A stretch of DNA of 64,000 nucleotides from Camelus ferus (lineage: Eukaryota). Below are positions 23,261 to 37,492 of this stretch, one piece after another. The translations under genes were made by a program, and so were the position numbers. The notes under the pieces were generated by a model. The model saw nothing but the letters and a program-made list of their open reading frames with translations. It was not told the DNA's origin and did not search any database. Where the stretch lies: positions 32,614,001 to 32,678,000 of the forward strand of contig NC_045696.1 in NCBI RefSeq assembly GCF_009834535.1, read 5' to 3'. Position 1 is the stretch's first letter; each line of letters begins with the position of its first letter.

Positions 23261-26200
23261 TGCCAACAGAACCCATCATTTGTATGCATTTACATCATTC
23301 TGTCTTTCTTCCTGCTCCTGTTAACAGTGTACTCTATTAACATAGATATTTGGGGTTGACTCTATGGGATTGTAAAGATTAATCTTGTCAATCTAATTCA
23401 ATTTACTACTAAAACAGAATGGAAGGATAGTTAGATTGGTTGGGGATGGGGATAGCAATTATGATCATGTTTCTTGACTTTGAATACAGTTCCACAGACA
23501 CAATCACAAAAATTAGGTAACTTGGAGATATAAATATTGAAACAGATAAATGCCCTAGAAATTATTGTATACATATATGTATGTTTACATGTATTTCTCT
23601 ATATTTGTCTAATCTGTGATCTATTTACCTATCTTTTCCATGTTGAACGGAAACAATCAGCATACTCTGCATGTGTAGATATGTTTGTCATTTGCTCTCA
23701 AATGAGATATAGGAGACATGAAATTGTGTAACATTGATGTCTTTCTATGCTGAATATTTAAAAATATTATTTTTGAAATATGAGTAGCATGCTATGTTAA
23801 TTGCATATGCATTTCTTTTCTCTTTGACTGGGGAAGCATCTTTATAAGAAGGGTATTTATTTTAAAAATATCTAAAATAACCTGTTATATTGCAATTATG
23901 ATACATTAATTCAGGTTGTTTGTCAGAACATCTGAGTTTTTTAACATCACATATGATAGGATATTTCATTTCATGGAATGTTTTTGTTATTCTCGTTATT
24001 TGAATAATTCCAATTTTAGATCAACTGACAGATCCCAATTAAAATCATCATATTTGTAAACAATAAAATCTTTTTTCAGCTTTTTCTTCTTCTTTGGGAT
24101 AATTTATACTAATTTTTAAACCTTTATTCCTAGGTAAATATATATTCAAATCTGTTTAATTTACTATTATTTTTTATCTAGACCATATCCCTATGTAATT
24201 TCTCTACTTCCCTTTTGGAATTCTTTCTTTGTATTCATTTATTATGCATTAGGCTCAGCAATTTTCATGAGTCTGTTGTTCATATTACTTCATATTCTCT
24301 CTTTAATTGTGTCAATTTTTTCCATTTCTGTTTTCCTCAGTTGTTATCCTCACATCTTCCATTTATGTATTTAAATTTATTTAAACAGAAGTGTGACTTA
24401 AAATTGATGCAACGTCAGCTGAAACCTTAGAGCGGCCAGAAACAATACAAAGCAAGTCAAATTAAAACTGTCAGCAGGAAACAACTTCAAATACCCTTTC
24501 TTTTCAATGGCTACTGCTGTAATTCAAACTTTCACTTAGAATTAAAAGCAATTGTGATTAAAGGCTTTCAGTTTTGACTTTTCCTTAAAATGTAGCAATG
24601 TAAGTCTATTAATGCTACAAAGGTAAATTTGTTTGAGTGTACAGTTGGGGATTTAAATAAAATGTGGTTATTTAAAACTCTTTTAATTTATGTTCCATCG
24701 CTCCCTGCTGTTAGAACCTGTTTCAGAACTTAATTATCTTGATGACTACTATAAAATTCTGTGACAAATTACCCTAGGAAATATAAGAACATAATTTAGG
24801 ACAAAAAGATTTTAAATTAACTAGCTTTCGCTTAATGGAGTTCTATCAGACAACCTTTATTTTGTAACTAAATATCGATTGAGAGAGAAGTGGAAAAGAT
24901 TACAGAAATCTTCATTCATTTTTGCAAACTTAGTTGTCTTCCCATGCCATATCAAATAACAAATCATATAGCACTGTCTAAAAACTTGAGGCATTGCTTT
25001 TTTCCACATTTGCTTTTATATAGAATCTTCACTTATTTATTCATTGAAGACTAAACAGAACATGAGTCCCTCTTATCTTGGTTGCTGAGCATATGATTAA
25101 AAATAGGATCACGTATTAGAATGCTCATATTTGATTCTCATGGAACAAATCAGTCTGAGTTCAGTAGTAGAACTTGGAAAAATACTCTGGTAGGGAAGGG
25201 TCAGCCACACCATCTTCAAGATCAACAAAGGCACTTTTAGATGTAACATTTTGCAATTAATTCTAGCAAAGGTATTTAGTTACATCATCCCTTCTTTGTA
25301 ATTTGCATTTGACCTTTGGTGGTACTCGCTCTTATATTTCAAATTCAATGTTTTCAAGAGATTGTTTTTCATCAGAAATTCCTAGATTTCTCATCTCACC
25401 ATTGTACTGTTTGCTTTTGTTCATTTATGTATTTATTTTTGGAGTAATCTTTTCTTTGCATTGACTTACACAAGAAGAGTAAAGCAAAACCCTCTTTATG
25501 CACCAGGTTATAGTGTCTACAATAAGACTAATCATGTTATTTTACTTATGCTGGTTATGTTCTTTTACCCTAAGAGGTAATACATTTCTTAATGCTTTCT
25601 CATGTTTATATTCTTTACATGTTTGTAAGTTTCTCGTATTTATATTCTTAGCACCTAACACAATGTCTGTCACATAACAGATCCCAAATTTGTGTTCAAA
25701 CCCTGAACGCATAAAGGAGTAGAAATCTCCCACCCTTGAGACTGAATCATGCAGAAACTCGGTTCCCAGGCTGTATCTCTTCCAACAGCTCTGTTGACAG
25801 TACTTCTCTTGGGGGTCTGGGAGATGTGGTCTAGAGTTCATGTCTTTGGGCACTTGTTCAACTACTTAACTTTGCAAACAATGAGTTTTTACATGACTTC
25901 TTTTCATTTTTTTCCCCAGAAGGTCTTAGCTTATAAACCTTTGTTTTTCATCAATTCCAAGAACAGACTCATGTGTCAGCTCACAGTACTCTATCAGCCT
26001 TCTTGGATAATTCCCTCAGGAACTCCCTCACTGTTACTAAACTGAAAAAAAAAAATGGGGGAAATGAAGAGGGGCTGTGCACTGTTGTTAGTCACGAGGC
26101 TCTTTTCACCGGTTTGGCACCTGTCTCCCAGGCAGATCAATTTTAGTTTTATTAGTGCTTTCTGTTTCCTCTGTACTTGGTTGTGATCTGATTTCATTTC

Positions 26201-26649
26201 AGCTTGAGCAGTTAAATTTCAAGCAATATACTTGAAACATGTTTTAAAAGTTCCCTGCATATTTTGAAATGGGGTCTTCCAAATTAATCCATACAACCAA
26301 AAGTGAACTAGATTTCTTAAGGACTTTATTCTCATCAAGTAAGTGGTTATTAATTTTTTTTGCTATCTTTTTAATCCATATTCTAAAAATGAAATCTGTT
26401 ATTTAAAGTTATTATTTAGTTTCTCTTTTTCTTTGCATTTTTAGTTAAGAAAAGGTTGAAATTTAGAAAATATTTTCTTAAACCATTTATCTCCCCTTAC
26501 AGAAATTAGAACCTTACTATAAATATTCAAAGTGCATTATTTTTACTTATACTTTTCTGGTTTCCTTTCTTTCATTCACATAATTATTATATGTAAGAGA
26601 AAAAGGATCAATATCACATATACATATGATTAATGCTTCAAATTTATTA

Positions 26650-26800
26650 TACTTTAAAATATTTTATTTAATCTTTATGTTCCCTCACCCAGTGAAATAG
26701 GCTGAAAAGATGACAATATTTGCACCAAAGGATCTGATGCTCAGAGAGGTGAATAACAGGTCTGTCTTGTGACAGTCTGTGTGAAGACTTGATATCATCT
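26650..26800 (-). mobile_element. MIR fragment
   Basis: cccagtgaaatagg...aaggatctgatgctcagagaggtgaataac. Confidence 0.45.
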
Positions 26801-27919
26801 TGTCTCACATCTAGTATGTTTTGCATCTACCTCATGATGTATCTACTATGAAATCCTTTCATTTCCTTCTCTTACCCAGTGTCATTTCTAATGACTGCTA
26901 CTACCAAATGTACATTGTGAGCCATGCATCAAGAACATTATATTAGTTTATGCATACAAGATCTGTGAGTGTGTGTGTATGAAATATCTGGCAATAATAT
27001 AAATTTTGAAGCTCGCAATTGCTGTACGATGATGAACCAGGTGTTACCAACCAAAAACCTCTAATGATGATCATTTATACTTTCAGAAAGTTTAGTGGAT
27101 GTTTTACCAACTCTTTAGATCAGTTTCATATTGTGGTGAAGATCAATTCTAGCATCTTTTCGTTGTGATGTTAATTAATTTCTGCCTAGATTCTACTTTT
27201 CTTACATATCCTCCTAAAGTAATCCATCATCATGCTAAGGCAAGGGAAATTCAATCCATCACTGCTGGATTCTGATAGCGGGCTTAGGGGGAATGCAAGT
27301 CATCTCCCCAGAAGTAATCAAACAGCTGTGATACATGCCACTTTATGCTTATATCATCATATAATAGATGACTTTCCTCTTCATGGAAGCTTGCCTGAAA
27401 ATTTTCAGACAGATGGACTCTGATGCAAAGGTTTCATTTTGTGGAATTTAAGGCTGTGAACTAGTTATTGACAAATACTACATCATCAGTTCCAGTTGAA
27501 GACACAGCCTAATAAGTAGAACATTGGCACTAATCCTTATTTAATCAGGCTTAAAATGGTAATTTCAAATTGATGAGGGCACAGGGAATAGATTTTGTAC
27601 TCATAAAGTGCTTCTAAAAATACCGGTAATGTGTATATACAACCCAAGGATGAAATTAAAGAGCCCCCAGCACGTATAATGAGAAGAGTAAACTATAAAG
27701 AGCATGACAAAAGTACGGCTGAAGGATCTTATAAAAACGCAGAGAGGCAAATTCCTTCTGGTCTCTCCAGTAGCACATATTCCAGTTTATAGTCTTGAAA
27801 TTTAATCTAGGGAACAAATATTCATAGGATTGAAAGAGGAGGATTTTAGAATGTGAGTATAATTATCATTAAGAACTTCTGTCCTTTCTGAAGACAGTAT
27901 AATCAGAGTGAACAACTCA

Positions 27920-28055
27920 AATGTTGAAAGGGATTTTAGAGCTCATATGACCCAAACCAATTATTTGATGGATAAGCAGGCTAAGTGAGGTTAAATTATA
28001 CTCATACTGAGCTGGTCAGCGAAGATTGGAATCAGGACCTCCAGTTGCTCTGTGT
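27920..28055 (-). mobile_element. MIR (MIR3-like)
   Basis: ttgaaagggattttagagctcat...ttgatggataagcaggctaagtgaggttaaat...gattggaatcaggacctcc. Confidence 0.5.
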
Positions 28056-28569
28056 TTTCTGATTTTGTCCTGCCTCTGCATACACACTCATAAAGAGCCA
28101 GCTTAAATCCATCCTGTGGGGACTCAAGCCCCATCCCCTTTCCAGCAGCTCTAGCACCCCTAATTCTGGGTACAACTGTGATGCAAATAAATTTTACTAT
28201 TTACATACCTTTCCAATTTTTTTTATCCTCCCAGTGAGCTGCCCTCCAGGCCATGTTTTCCCACCCTTCTTGATTTTTAGCTAAACCTGATTTCAGCAAG
28301 GATTTATACACAGTAACACATGATCACCTCACCTGTGTTGAGAAACTCTTGCTTGAGTAACAAACCTCAAAGATAAAGCTTCGTGACCCCAGGATAAGTC
28401 TACTTGTGAACTTTTAGTACTTAAAGAAGAGTGGGACAAGAGAGCCTGTGAGGCAGACATGCCTTCCTTTCCGTGCTGCAAATGACTTTCTAGAGGCGGC
28501 TTCTTCTTAGCCACAATTGGGAATTTGGCTTTGATAACAAAAGCAGCAGCAGCAGCCAGCAGCAACTGT

Positions 28570-28780
28570 AGCTAATATAGGCTGGGCATGGTACTGAGAG
28601 CATTGCAGACAGCAACTGTTTTCTTTACACAACTTTTTTTTATCCCTATTTCATACTTTCATGAGGAAAGTATGGAGATGTTAAATTACTCACTGATGTC
28701 TTAAAGCTATTGAGTATCAGAGGAGGCTTTGCACTTTCATCTATCAGTGTAAAAGTTTCCTCCCAATAATACGAACGCAA
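28570..28780 (-). mobile_element. MIR SINE
   Basis: ggctgggcatggtactgagagcattgca...ttatccctatttca...atgaggaaag...gatgttaaattactc. Confidence 0.5.
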
Positions 28781-28967
28781 CATTTACTACCCTAACTGCC
28801 TTCCATGTACTAGAATTCTCTACATCACACTTGCTCCCTGTCTTTTGCATTTCCTGATCCCCAACAACTGAAAGTTAATATATGCATAGCAGAATCCTAG
28901 AGCCCACATCTTAGTTTCTGTAGAATCATGATTTAATATATCTCACTTTTGGAATAATATACAAGAA

Positions 28968-29000
28968 ACACACATATATACATATATATATGTGTGTGTG

Positions 29001-29036
<36 letters not shown>
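28968..29036. repeat. Compound microsatellite (CA)(TA)(TG)(TA)(GA)
   Basis: Directly visible. Confidence 0.95.
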
Positions 29037-29189
29037 AGATGAGATATTCATTAATATTTTGTAGCCAAGAATCACACTGAAATCTGCGACAATAGAATCA
29101 ACCTTTCAGTTTTCTTATAATAAATTAGAATTATAGAATATATAATATAATATTTAATAAGTAATGTACATGTATAATAGAGGCTTGTA

Positions 29190-29755
29190 TTATTTTACAA
29201 TATTTGGAGGCACCTACTTTCTTCTAGCCATTATCTAAGTGATATGAGACATATAAAAATAAAGTCTGAAAGTTTCTGGAGCTGAAGGAGGATAGGATAT
29301 CTACAATGTGAAGCAGGTTGGGCAAAGTGCCTAGAGGGTATTGCAGGTTCCTGCAGGCAATCAGGATGGGGATACTGATTTCTTACTAGGATAATCAATG
29401 AAGATTTCATGAAAGAGTTCATATCTGATCCAGAGCTTAATGTATGAATAGGATTTTGAAGAGATAAGGGGAAAGAACTGATTTCAGGCAAACACAAGGT
29501 AATAGGTGCAAGTTGAAGGTGATATGAAACATCCTGCTTTTTCTGAGTCTCTTTGGGGAATAATGTGTGAATGAGCTAGAAGGAAAGATTGAAGCCACAT
29601 AATTGGAAGTGGGGAATATTGAAGAGATTTGAGCCTGCAGACAGTTTTCAAATTATTAGCAGTGAGAAAGTTTGCTGACTGAATTGGAGAGAAATTGAAG
29701 ATGGAGAGGCCAATGAGAAGGCTGTGATAGCAAACAAGAATAACAATATTGAGCT
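29190..29755 (-). mobile_element. L2 LINE 3' region
   Basis: aatatttggaggcacctact...gaagatttcatgaaagagttcatatctgatccagagcttaatgtatgaatagga...gagaggccaatgagaaggctgtgatagc. Confidence 0.65.
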
Positions 29756-29890
29756 TTTGTGCAGTAGCTACTTTACACATATTATGTTGGTTATTTCTTC
29801 AAAACTTCTAAAATCAGGTATCAGTTTTTAACAAATAAAAATATTAGAATTCAGAGGAGTTAGTTTACCCAAGGTCATCAGAGTTTTAAA
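29756..29890 (-). mobile_element. MIR fragment
   Basis: ctttacacatattat...tttaacaaataaaa...ttcagaggagttagtttacccaaggtca. Confidence 0.5.
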
Positions 29891-32319
29891 AAGAAGGGAT
29901 TTTTTTCAAGAGGTTTAAGAAGATGAAGAGTGATTAACATTTAATGATTAAATGGGTGTTGGTGAACAATTTCTTCACAGGGATGAAGGCTATAAACAGC
30001 AAAGAAAGTAAAAATTAAACTATTTTCATAAATGAATGAATACACATTTGATGACAGGAGTGCATAATAAGCTAAGGGCCTCTTACATGTTCATGAAGAC
30101 ATGGAAATGAATGGCTTGATGGCTGGGGGTGTAGGAAGGGGAAAGTAGGTTAACTAAGCAAGTGTCACAGGGGACGTCAAGGTAGTGAAAGATTAAGAGA
30201 GATCCTCAGAGAATTGAGAGTTTTGAAAAGTTAATAATATTCAAGCAACTATAAGTTTATTTGAAGTGGATCCTCTTTCAATTCATAAACTCATAATTAA
30301 ATTAATAGTTAAACTGATACGTAGTAGAGTTTCTATCCTAGCCACTGCATATAAAGCTGCTTAACACCGCCCCCTATTTCAGTATTCTATTTTCAAACTG
30401 TGCAAGCAGGGAAAGTTTGTTCATATGTTAACTAGTTAATTTTAGTTCACAGTTGCTCTTTGTCACCAATTATCTGATAAAACTTTATTTTTAAAATAAG
30501 ATTTATATTTTTGAATATATGCTCATATATTGCAAAGTAGTATATTTTCAGTAAATATTTTAGACTTGAAGGGATAGTCTCTTGCGTAGAACCACCTATT
30601 AATTAAGTCATAGATTTACTATAAATCATCACTCTGTTTCACCTCAGAATTTCTGAATTTAGTCACGTTAAATTTCTTTCTGGTTAAGATTGCAAAAAGC
30701 TTGATTTTGTTTGCCTTTTACTTGTTTAAACTTTGTGGGGCATGTTAAGAACGCTACTGACTGGCTTTGAAAACTCCAGTGGTGATAAATAAGTCACTTA
30801 GAACTATTGAATTTTGTTAATTCAGAGCAAACACAAACGAATGGCATTATAAAATACATTAGATAAAGAATCCAAACATACCAGCTATGTCAGCTTAAAA
30901 AGTCAAGGTAATTCAGTTGTACGTTATTATTTAAGAGACTTCAAGGCTTATTTTATGCTGATCAAACTAATTATACACTGTAGAATACTCTCTAGGATAA
31001 TTGAACTTCTATCTTATCACTAAGATTTCTCCTGTCCTGTTGCTTTGTTAGTAGTTAAACTTAATTTGAAGTTACTTTAGGGTAAGTAATAATCTAATAA
31101 ACAAAAAAGCCCCAATGAGAGGGGAAAAAAAATCAAGGGAGACATGTATTTAAAAGCATTCTTGGTTCACTTTAATTTTTCTCCGCATACCTGAGTTTGA
31201 AAATAAGTAAAATTCAAGTTAAATTAACTCCATATTTTCAGTACTACTTATCTAAATTACAGTCTCAAATATTTATGTCTTTATTTTTAATTTCAGTTGA
31301 TATTTTTTTGTTTTCATTGACGCTGCTACCAGATTTCCTTCATGCTTTTACAAAGCTCTTTCTCAGCTCTACTTTCTACCTCCGCTCTCACAGGATGTCC
31401 ACCTTGTGACAAATTTGTGTGACAAGGCCCATCCCTGGCTTACCAGCTACAGGAATTGCTCTAGATTGCCATCAGTGTGAAGGATGATTCCCTAACACAT
31501 GTTTCATAATATACTAACTCTTTGAATTTCTGTAGTCTGAGAGGCAGTAGGGAAATGACAGGCACATGACTAGTTCATGTTAAGAGCTCTATAAACATTG
31601 TTGAATGTACATTGAATACAAAAAATATATATATTTAACTTTACTTCTTCATTTTAAATATTATGCTTTGTTCTCGTCCTTGAGTGGGAAGAACAGTACC
31701 TGATAGATTAAGGCAATAACCATTGGTATTTTGGGTTAAATTTATGTACCTAATGTATCTGCAACATGCACCTGACCAGTCTATTATGACTAAAATTGTC
31801 TTGACCTATTAATAATTAAATAAACTAATATTTTACATAATTTGAAAATAAATAGTAGGCTACATAGTGGAAAAAATAAGTAGTCCTAGAGAAATTTGTT
31901 GCTTTCATTGCTACAGTTATAAAGAGTCCACCAGTAGTTCTTATACCAAATATATGGAAGAAACAACTTCCTTGTTTGAAATATTAAATAACAAGTTGTG
32001 AGAGACATTGCATAGAATCAAATAGGAGATAAAGATCCTCCAGTGGGTAGAATCAATAATGGATAAGCATTTCCACAAATTTAGGAGGGGTGCCAACATG
32101 TTCATTCATTCAAAAAAGAGAAATAAAAAAGTGCCTGCTATATTCCCCGGATCTTTCTTGCTTGGGATACAGTTGCCCAGCCTCAAATACCTCCCTATCC
32201 TCAGTGTTTCTGTCTACTTCTACCAATGTGCTAAACACATTCAAAATTAGAGTTACGTTAATTTTTAAACAAATCAGCTCATTTTAGAGCGTTATTTCAC
32301 CTTGTAGTATTACTGATGC

Positions 32320-32400
32320 AGATTCTTTCATTCTTATAGAACCTGGCACAGTGATGGGTACAAGATAGGTTCTCAAAAATAAAATGTCAACTGAGTGAAT
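32320..32400 (+). mobile_element. L2 3' terminus
   Basis: ttctttcattcttatagaacctggcacagtgatgggtacaagataggttctcaaaaa...actgagtgaat. Confidence 0.55.
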
Positions 32401-33309
32401 CAAAGGCCTTAGGTATTTCAAGCTAGGAATTTGAATACTGACACTACCTGTCTAATTGCCTTTAGGCTAAAATAGCTTGTTTTGAAAAATGAATGGGGGG
32501 GATTTATAAACCTATTTTATAATCAAGTTGATTTGGAGATCATGTCTACACCTCTTAACTGTTGTTTTGTTTTATTGTTTTTAATGTTTGGTCAGCAGTG
32601 CTGGTACAAACTGAGGCTCTAAGTTGATAATTATAATAATGTGTTTTGATTTTTAAAAAATGATCAGTGGAATGGAGTTTTATTTTCCAGGAAAATCAAA
32701 AGAATAGAAGCAGCAATCATAGAGAAAAAAGGGATTTTTTTTTTTCCAAGTCAACAGAGGGTCAGTTTATATAAGAAGCAGCTCCTGAATGGAACCACAT
32801 ACGTTAGCTGAATCATATTTGCCACTATTTATATGACATGTTTTATCCCGAAATTCTGATTAATTCTTCCACTATGATAGAGATATATAGATACCATTTA
32901 CAAACTACTTATTGTTTTAAGCAGAACTGAGAGAGAAGAGCTTTCTAATGGCCAAAGTGACCCATCCACTTTGTAGATACCTGTTTATCTCTAACACAGT
33001 ACCTGAACCTTAAAATACTAAATAAAAACTGTCAAGACAATCTTTCTGTAGCAGATTTTTTAATATAAAAGTGCTAGTGGTTCCTATTATATAGTTATTT
33101 GAATTCAAAATATTTAAACATTTTATTAATTATGCTTATACATAATTATAAAATGTTTCTTTTGGTAATTTGTTTTTTTTAATTAATCCTTAGAACAATT
33201 AATCTTTAAATTAATCTCTAGAACAATTAACGGTGTCACAAAATAGTGTATATTAAAGAGTTGATATTAATAGATGTAATAGGCAGTTGACTAAAATAAA
33301 AGCAAAGCA

Positions 33310-33520
33310 AGGTACTGAGTCAACTATTGTGTGTGCTACAAAGTGTCAATCACTCTTACAATTGCTTTATACGTATTAATGAATTTAATTCTTGTGAAAC
33401 ATGATGGAAGCTAAGGCACAAGAATATTAAAGAATCATCACCAAGATCACACAGCTAGTAAGAAACAGATGAGATTCAACTCAAAAATATCACTCTTTTG
33501 ACTGCTCTTAACCACTTCAT
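33310..33520 (-). mobile_element. MIR SINE
   Basis: gctttatacgtattaatgaatttaattctt...gaagctaaggcacaag...ccaagatcacacagctagtaag...gagattcaactc...gctcttaaccact. Confidence 0.75.
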
Positions 33521-33691
33521 CATGGCAACTAGGAATAAATGTGTTAAGTATACCTCAAAAATGTTTTCAAATTCATAATTTATAAATATTAAGGTGACAT
33601 ATTAAAAATATCAATACAATAAAGGTTTTAAAATACTTTGAGAATGATTATGACAGATTTTATATTTGATTTTCAGTAGAGTAGTCAAATA

Positions 33692-34208
33692 CAGATGATC
33701 TCTGGCTTATGATGGTTTGACTTGAAATTTTTTGACTTTATGAGAGTGGGGTGTGCATACAGTAGAGGCTGTACTGTGGATTCCAGATGATCTATTCCCA
33801 GGGTAGCAGTAGGTGGTACGGTACTCTTTCGTGATGCTGGGCAGCAGCAAGAAGCCGCAGCCCCTGTCAGCCACGTGATCACAAGTATAAACAGCTTATG
33901 TACTTTCAACTCATACTATACCCAGGCAACCATTCTGTTTTTCACCTTCAGTACAATATTAAATAAGTGATATGACATAGTCAGTACTTTATTATAAAAT
34001 AAGCTTTGCGTTAGGTGATTCTGCCTAACTATAGGCTAGTGTAAGTGTTCTGAGCATATTTAAGATAGGCTGTTCTGAGCTTGGTATGGTAGGTAGCTTG
34101 GTAGGTAAGTTTGATAGGTTAGGTGTATTATATACATTTTCCACTTACAGTATTTTCAGCTTATGGGTTTTTTAGGACATAACCCCATCATAAGCCAAGG
34201 AAGATCTG
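33692..34208 (-). mobile_element. MER47/Tigger5-family non-autonomous TcMar DNA transposon, complete, 517 bp
   Basis: TA TSDs (33690-91, 34209-10); 24-bp imperfect TIRs cagatgatctctggcttatgatgg / ccatcataagccaaggaagatctg; internal match to recalled MER47. Confidence 0.9.
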
Positions 34209-36164
34209 TATGGACTATTTCATTTTGTTTTTATTTGTATAATACATCCTCATGAGTTGAAACTTGAGAGACTATCCTGTACTCATTTCTCTGGACGTCA
34301 TAGTGTAACACAAGAGAAGTGTAGATCAGTGGATTGTAACTACTACTCACTTTGGGATTATCAGACGTGACTGACCATGTAGATGTGAAGGTCAATTTGC
34401 TGGCATATGAAATCTAATAAAATAAAAGGAGAGGAGAATGTGTATAATTAATCAAAAGAGATACTGTCAGAGGATTAAGAAAAACTCATACATAATGCTT
34501 TTCAAGATGCATTTCACGATTTGGATATAACAAAAAATATGTTTGATTTAGTCAAATGTTAGAATGTTTGATCACTGCTTTGTCATGGGTAATACAAAAT
34601 TATTTCCTCAGTGAAAACATACATTTGCTTCATTGATGATAATATGATGCTGATGATGTTTCCCATGTGTCTTCATTACCTGTAAAAATCATTCTTTTGG
34701 CTACCTTCAGAACACCGCCAATAATTTATTAATAACAGACCTCAGTACATCTCACACACACACATACTCACACACACACCAGATTTCCATTTATCAAGGA
34801 TTAGTTGAGTGCCTAACCTATAATGAAATGGATAAGGAATACATAAATGCATAAGTTTATCTGTGGCTCAAGATACAGTATGTTAGGTTTATAAAACAAG
34901 TTAGCAAATTTAAGATTTAAATGCTATAATGCCAAATTTTCAGCACTTTGAAAAATATTAAATATTACCTGTGATAGTCTGAAATCCACTTTCCCGTTCA
35001 GTTGAACTTTGTAACATAATAGATTTATTGTGAGGGACATTTATTGAAAGATAATAACTATAAATAGGAAAAAGCTATATTGGCAACAAATTTTTATTAT
35101 TAGCTTGACAGTTAAATCTCAGTAAGTATATCAATCTCATATTGATGTCTGTTTACCTTAAGGTAACTGACTTACTAAACTGAAATCAAGCCTTTTTTTT
35201 AAAGACTCTTAATTTGCACTGTGACCAGTCATCCTGTTGATTACATGTTTAAGTACAGCCCTAATTGATCATGGAGTCTTTTGCTATAAATTACAGAAAG
35301 GGAATAACAGATTTCACAGGTTGGTTGTGGCTTAATGACAAATTTCACAGTTTGAATATAAAAAGGGTATAAACACACACAGGAATAAGGTAGTTACATG
35401 GATTCATGATGCGAAAAGTTCCTTTCTAACGCATGCAGATATATTGATAAATCAAAAGCAAGAATACAAAGGAACTATTAAGGAGTGAGGAAGTCAAAGA
35501 ATGTGCTACCAATTGCATCTGTCCAAATTTTTTGTTTTAAAAAAATACACAGTTATATGCAGGCTTTAACGTTGAATATTCCTCAACATATTAACCCATT
35601 AAATAAAAGCATACAACTTAAATAAAATATTACAAAGTAAAAGTTTAGCGCTACTTATCAACTCTTAGTTAATATTTCATATACATATATATACACACAC
35701 ATATATATGTATATATATATGTGATATTTGCCACCCATTCTGCCTTTGATTTTTAAAGGAGTCAATCATTGTCAGGGTGTAGCACTTTGTGAGAGTGTAG
35801 CATCCTTCCTTTCCACACAACCCTGAGGGTCCTTGTATCAGACTCATAAGAACATTAATTCTGAACATTAATGATTTTGGTGAAGTTTATGAGTTTTAAT
35901 GATTAAGATGCCAGGTTGAAGAAACAAAATTCTGATTCTTTCTCTTTGGGTTTGAGGATGATATAATATCTAGCATAATTTAAAATTTCTTCTTTGTAAC
36001 TAGTTTTGTGGATCTTTAAAATGACTAAGAAACAGTTAAATGATTGCTAATTCAAAATGAGATAATAGAAGAATGTTGGACTTTCTTCTTATACTATTTA
36101 GAAAATAAAAGGATTAAACATAGAATTTAGTTAATAAAATATATTTTTGTTAATATCAGAACAT

Positions 36165-36380
36165 TAAGGACATAGTAAAGTGTTTAGTCTGAGTCAGACA
36201 TACCAACATCAAATTCTTCCAGGCAGTGAAACCTTATATGTGCTCTCTAAAGTCACTAAGACTTAGAGTTTTTTTGTCTTTGAATAATACAACCTTCACA
36301 TTGTAAGAAAAATAATTATGATACTTAGGTTAAAAATAATATAATGGATTGAAAAAGATCTTGTGTAGCTCTTAAATAGT
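36165..36380 (+). mobile_element. Degenerate MIR
   Basis: atagtaaagtgtttagtctgagtcagacatacc...cagtgaaacctt...ttgtaagaaaaataattatgata. Confidence 0.4.
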
Positions 36381-37348
36381 CTTAGTTGGTCTGCAGTACA
36401 AATAAAGCAAAAGAGGGGGAAAAAACATGAGTTTTACTTACATTCTACTCCCCTTCACTTTAGAATGATTTCTTCATGAATTCATATACTCTCTCCTTCA
36501 TTTTGGTATCTAATGACACCAGTGTGCCAGGGATAGTGACTTGCTCATAATCCCTTGCTTTGGCCTGTGTGTGTATAATGCCAGATAGTTACAAACATAC
36601 AAACTTCCCATGTGAAAAAGAGTTGACTTGTGTATACATAAAGTACCTGGATGTTGAAAATTTGTGTGAATTTATGGCTACATGGCTACTTAGTTTTTTT
36701 GTTTTATTTTCTTTTATTGTGCTGGCATTATTCAGACCAAGCCTAATAGGCCCTTTTATTTCTAGGTGAACTTAGTGTGTTTGATATAAATGTTAAAGTG
36801 ACCACTTTAATTCCAAAATATAGTTATAGTTACTTGAGCCATTGATTTCACTGTCTTTTAGCTAAATGAAGTGTGCAGCATTGCTTTAGACACTTAGGGT
36901 TGCTGTTAAAAAGTACTACTGAGTGAATATTTGCATGCCCAATTCTTTATTATTATACAGATAACTTTATATCTCATATTCTTTATTTAATCCTAATTTC
37001 ATTATTATTTATTTACTTCTTTGATGTAGATGCCTTTATGCCTCTGGATATTCTCTTTGATACCTTGTTAAATAAAAACAAGAGAGAGAGTGAGGGAGAA
37101 AAGACCATCTTTGATTTTTTGATTTCCTAGGGCCAGTATTTTCTAGAAAAATTTTCTATTTCAGTGAATCTTTATGACATTGTGAACCTTTTTGGTCTTT
37201 TCAGCCACTGCCATGTTACTAAATTTGAATGGCCTTCAAATATACAACATGGATTTAGAATAAGAATTACTTACTCCAACCAAAATAAGACAGTCTTGAT
37301 AAACAGAATTTGATCAGATTAATTCCAGATATCATAAATGCTTGTCAG

Positions 37349-37492
37349 TTTTCTTTTTCTTTCTTCCTTCCTTTCTTTTTCTTTCTTTCCCTTTCTTCCT
37401 TCCTCGCTCCCTCCCTCCCTCCTTTCCTTCCTTCCTTCCCCTCTCTCTCCCTCCTTCTCTCTCTCTCACCCTCTCTCTTTCTTGCTTTCTTC
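37349..37492. repeat. Polypyrimidine low-complexity tract (TTTC/TTCC/CCCT/CT)
   Basis: About 140 nt almost purely C/T. Confidence 0.95.

Noticed and set aside
27029..27090. Two ATGATGA C-box-like motifs (possible C/D snoRNA)
   Set aside because: No correctly placed CTGA D box and no terminal stem
28329..28565. Minus-strand 78-aa ORF with poly-Ala ending near a CAG|GTGAGG donor
   Set aside because: Poly-Ala comes from a short CAG repeat, the start is non-ATG and there is no recognisable homology
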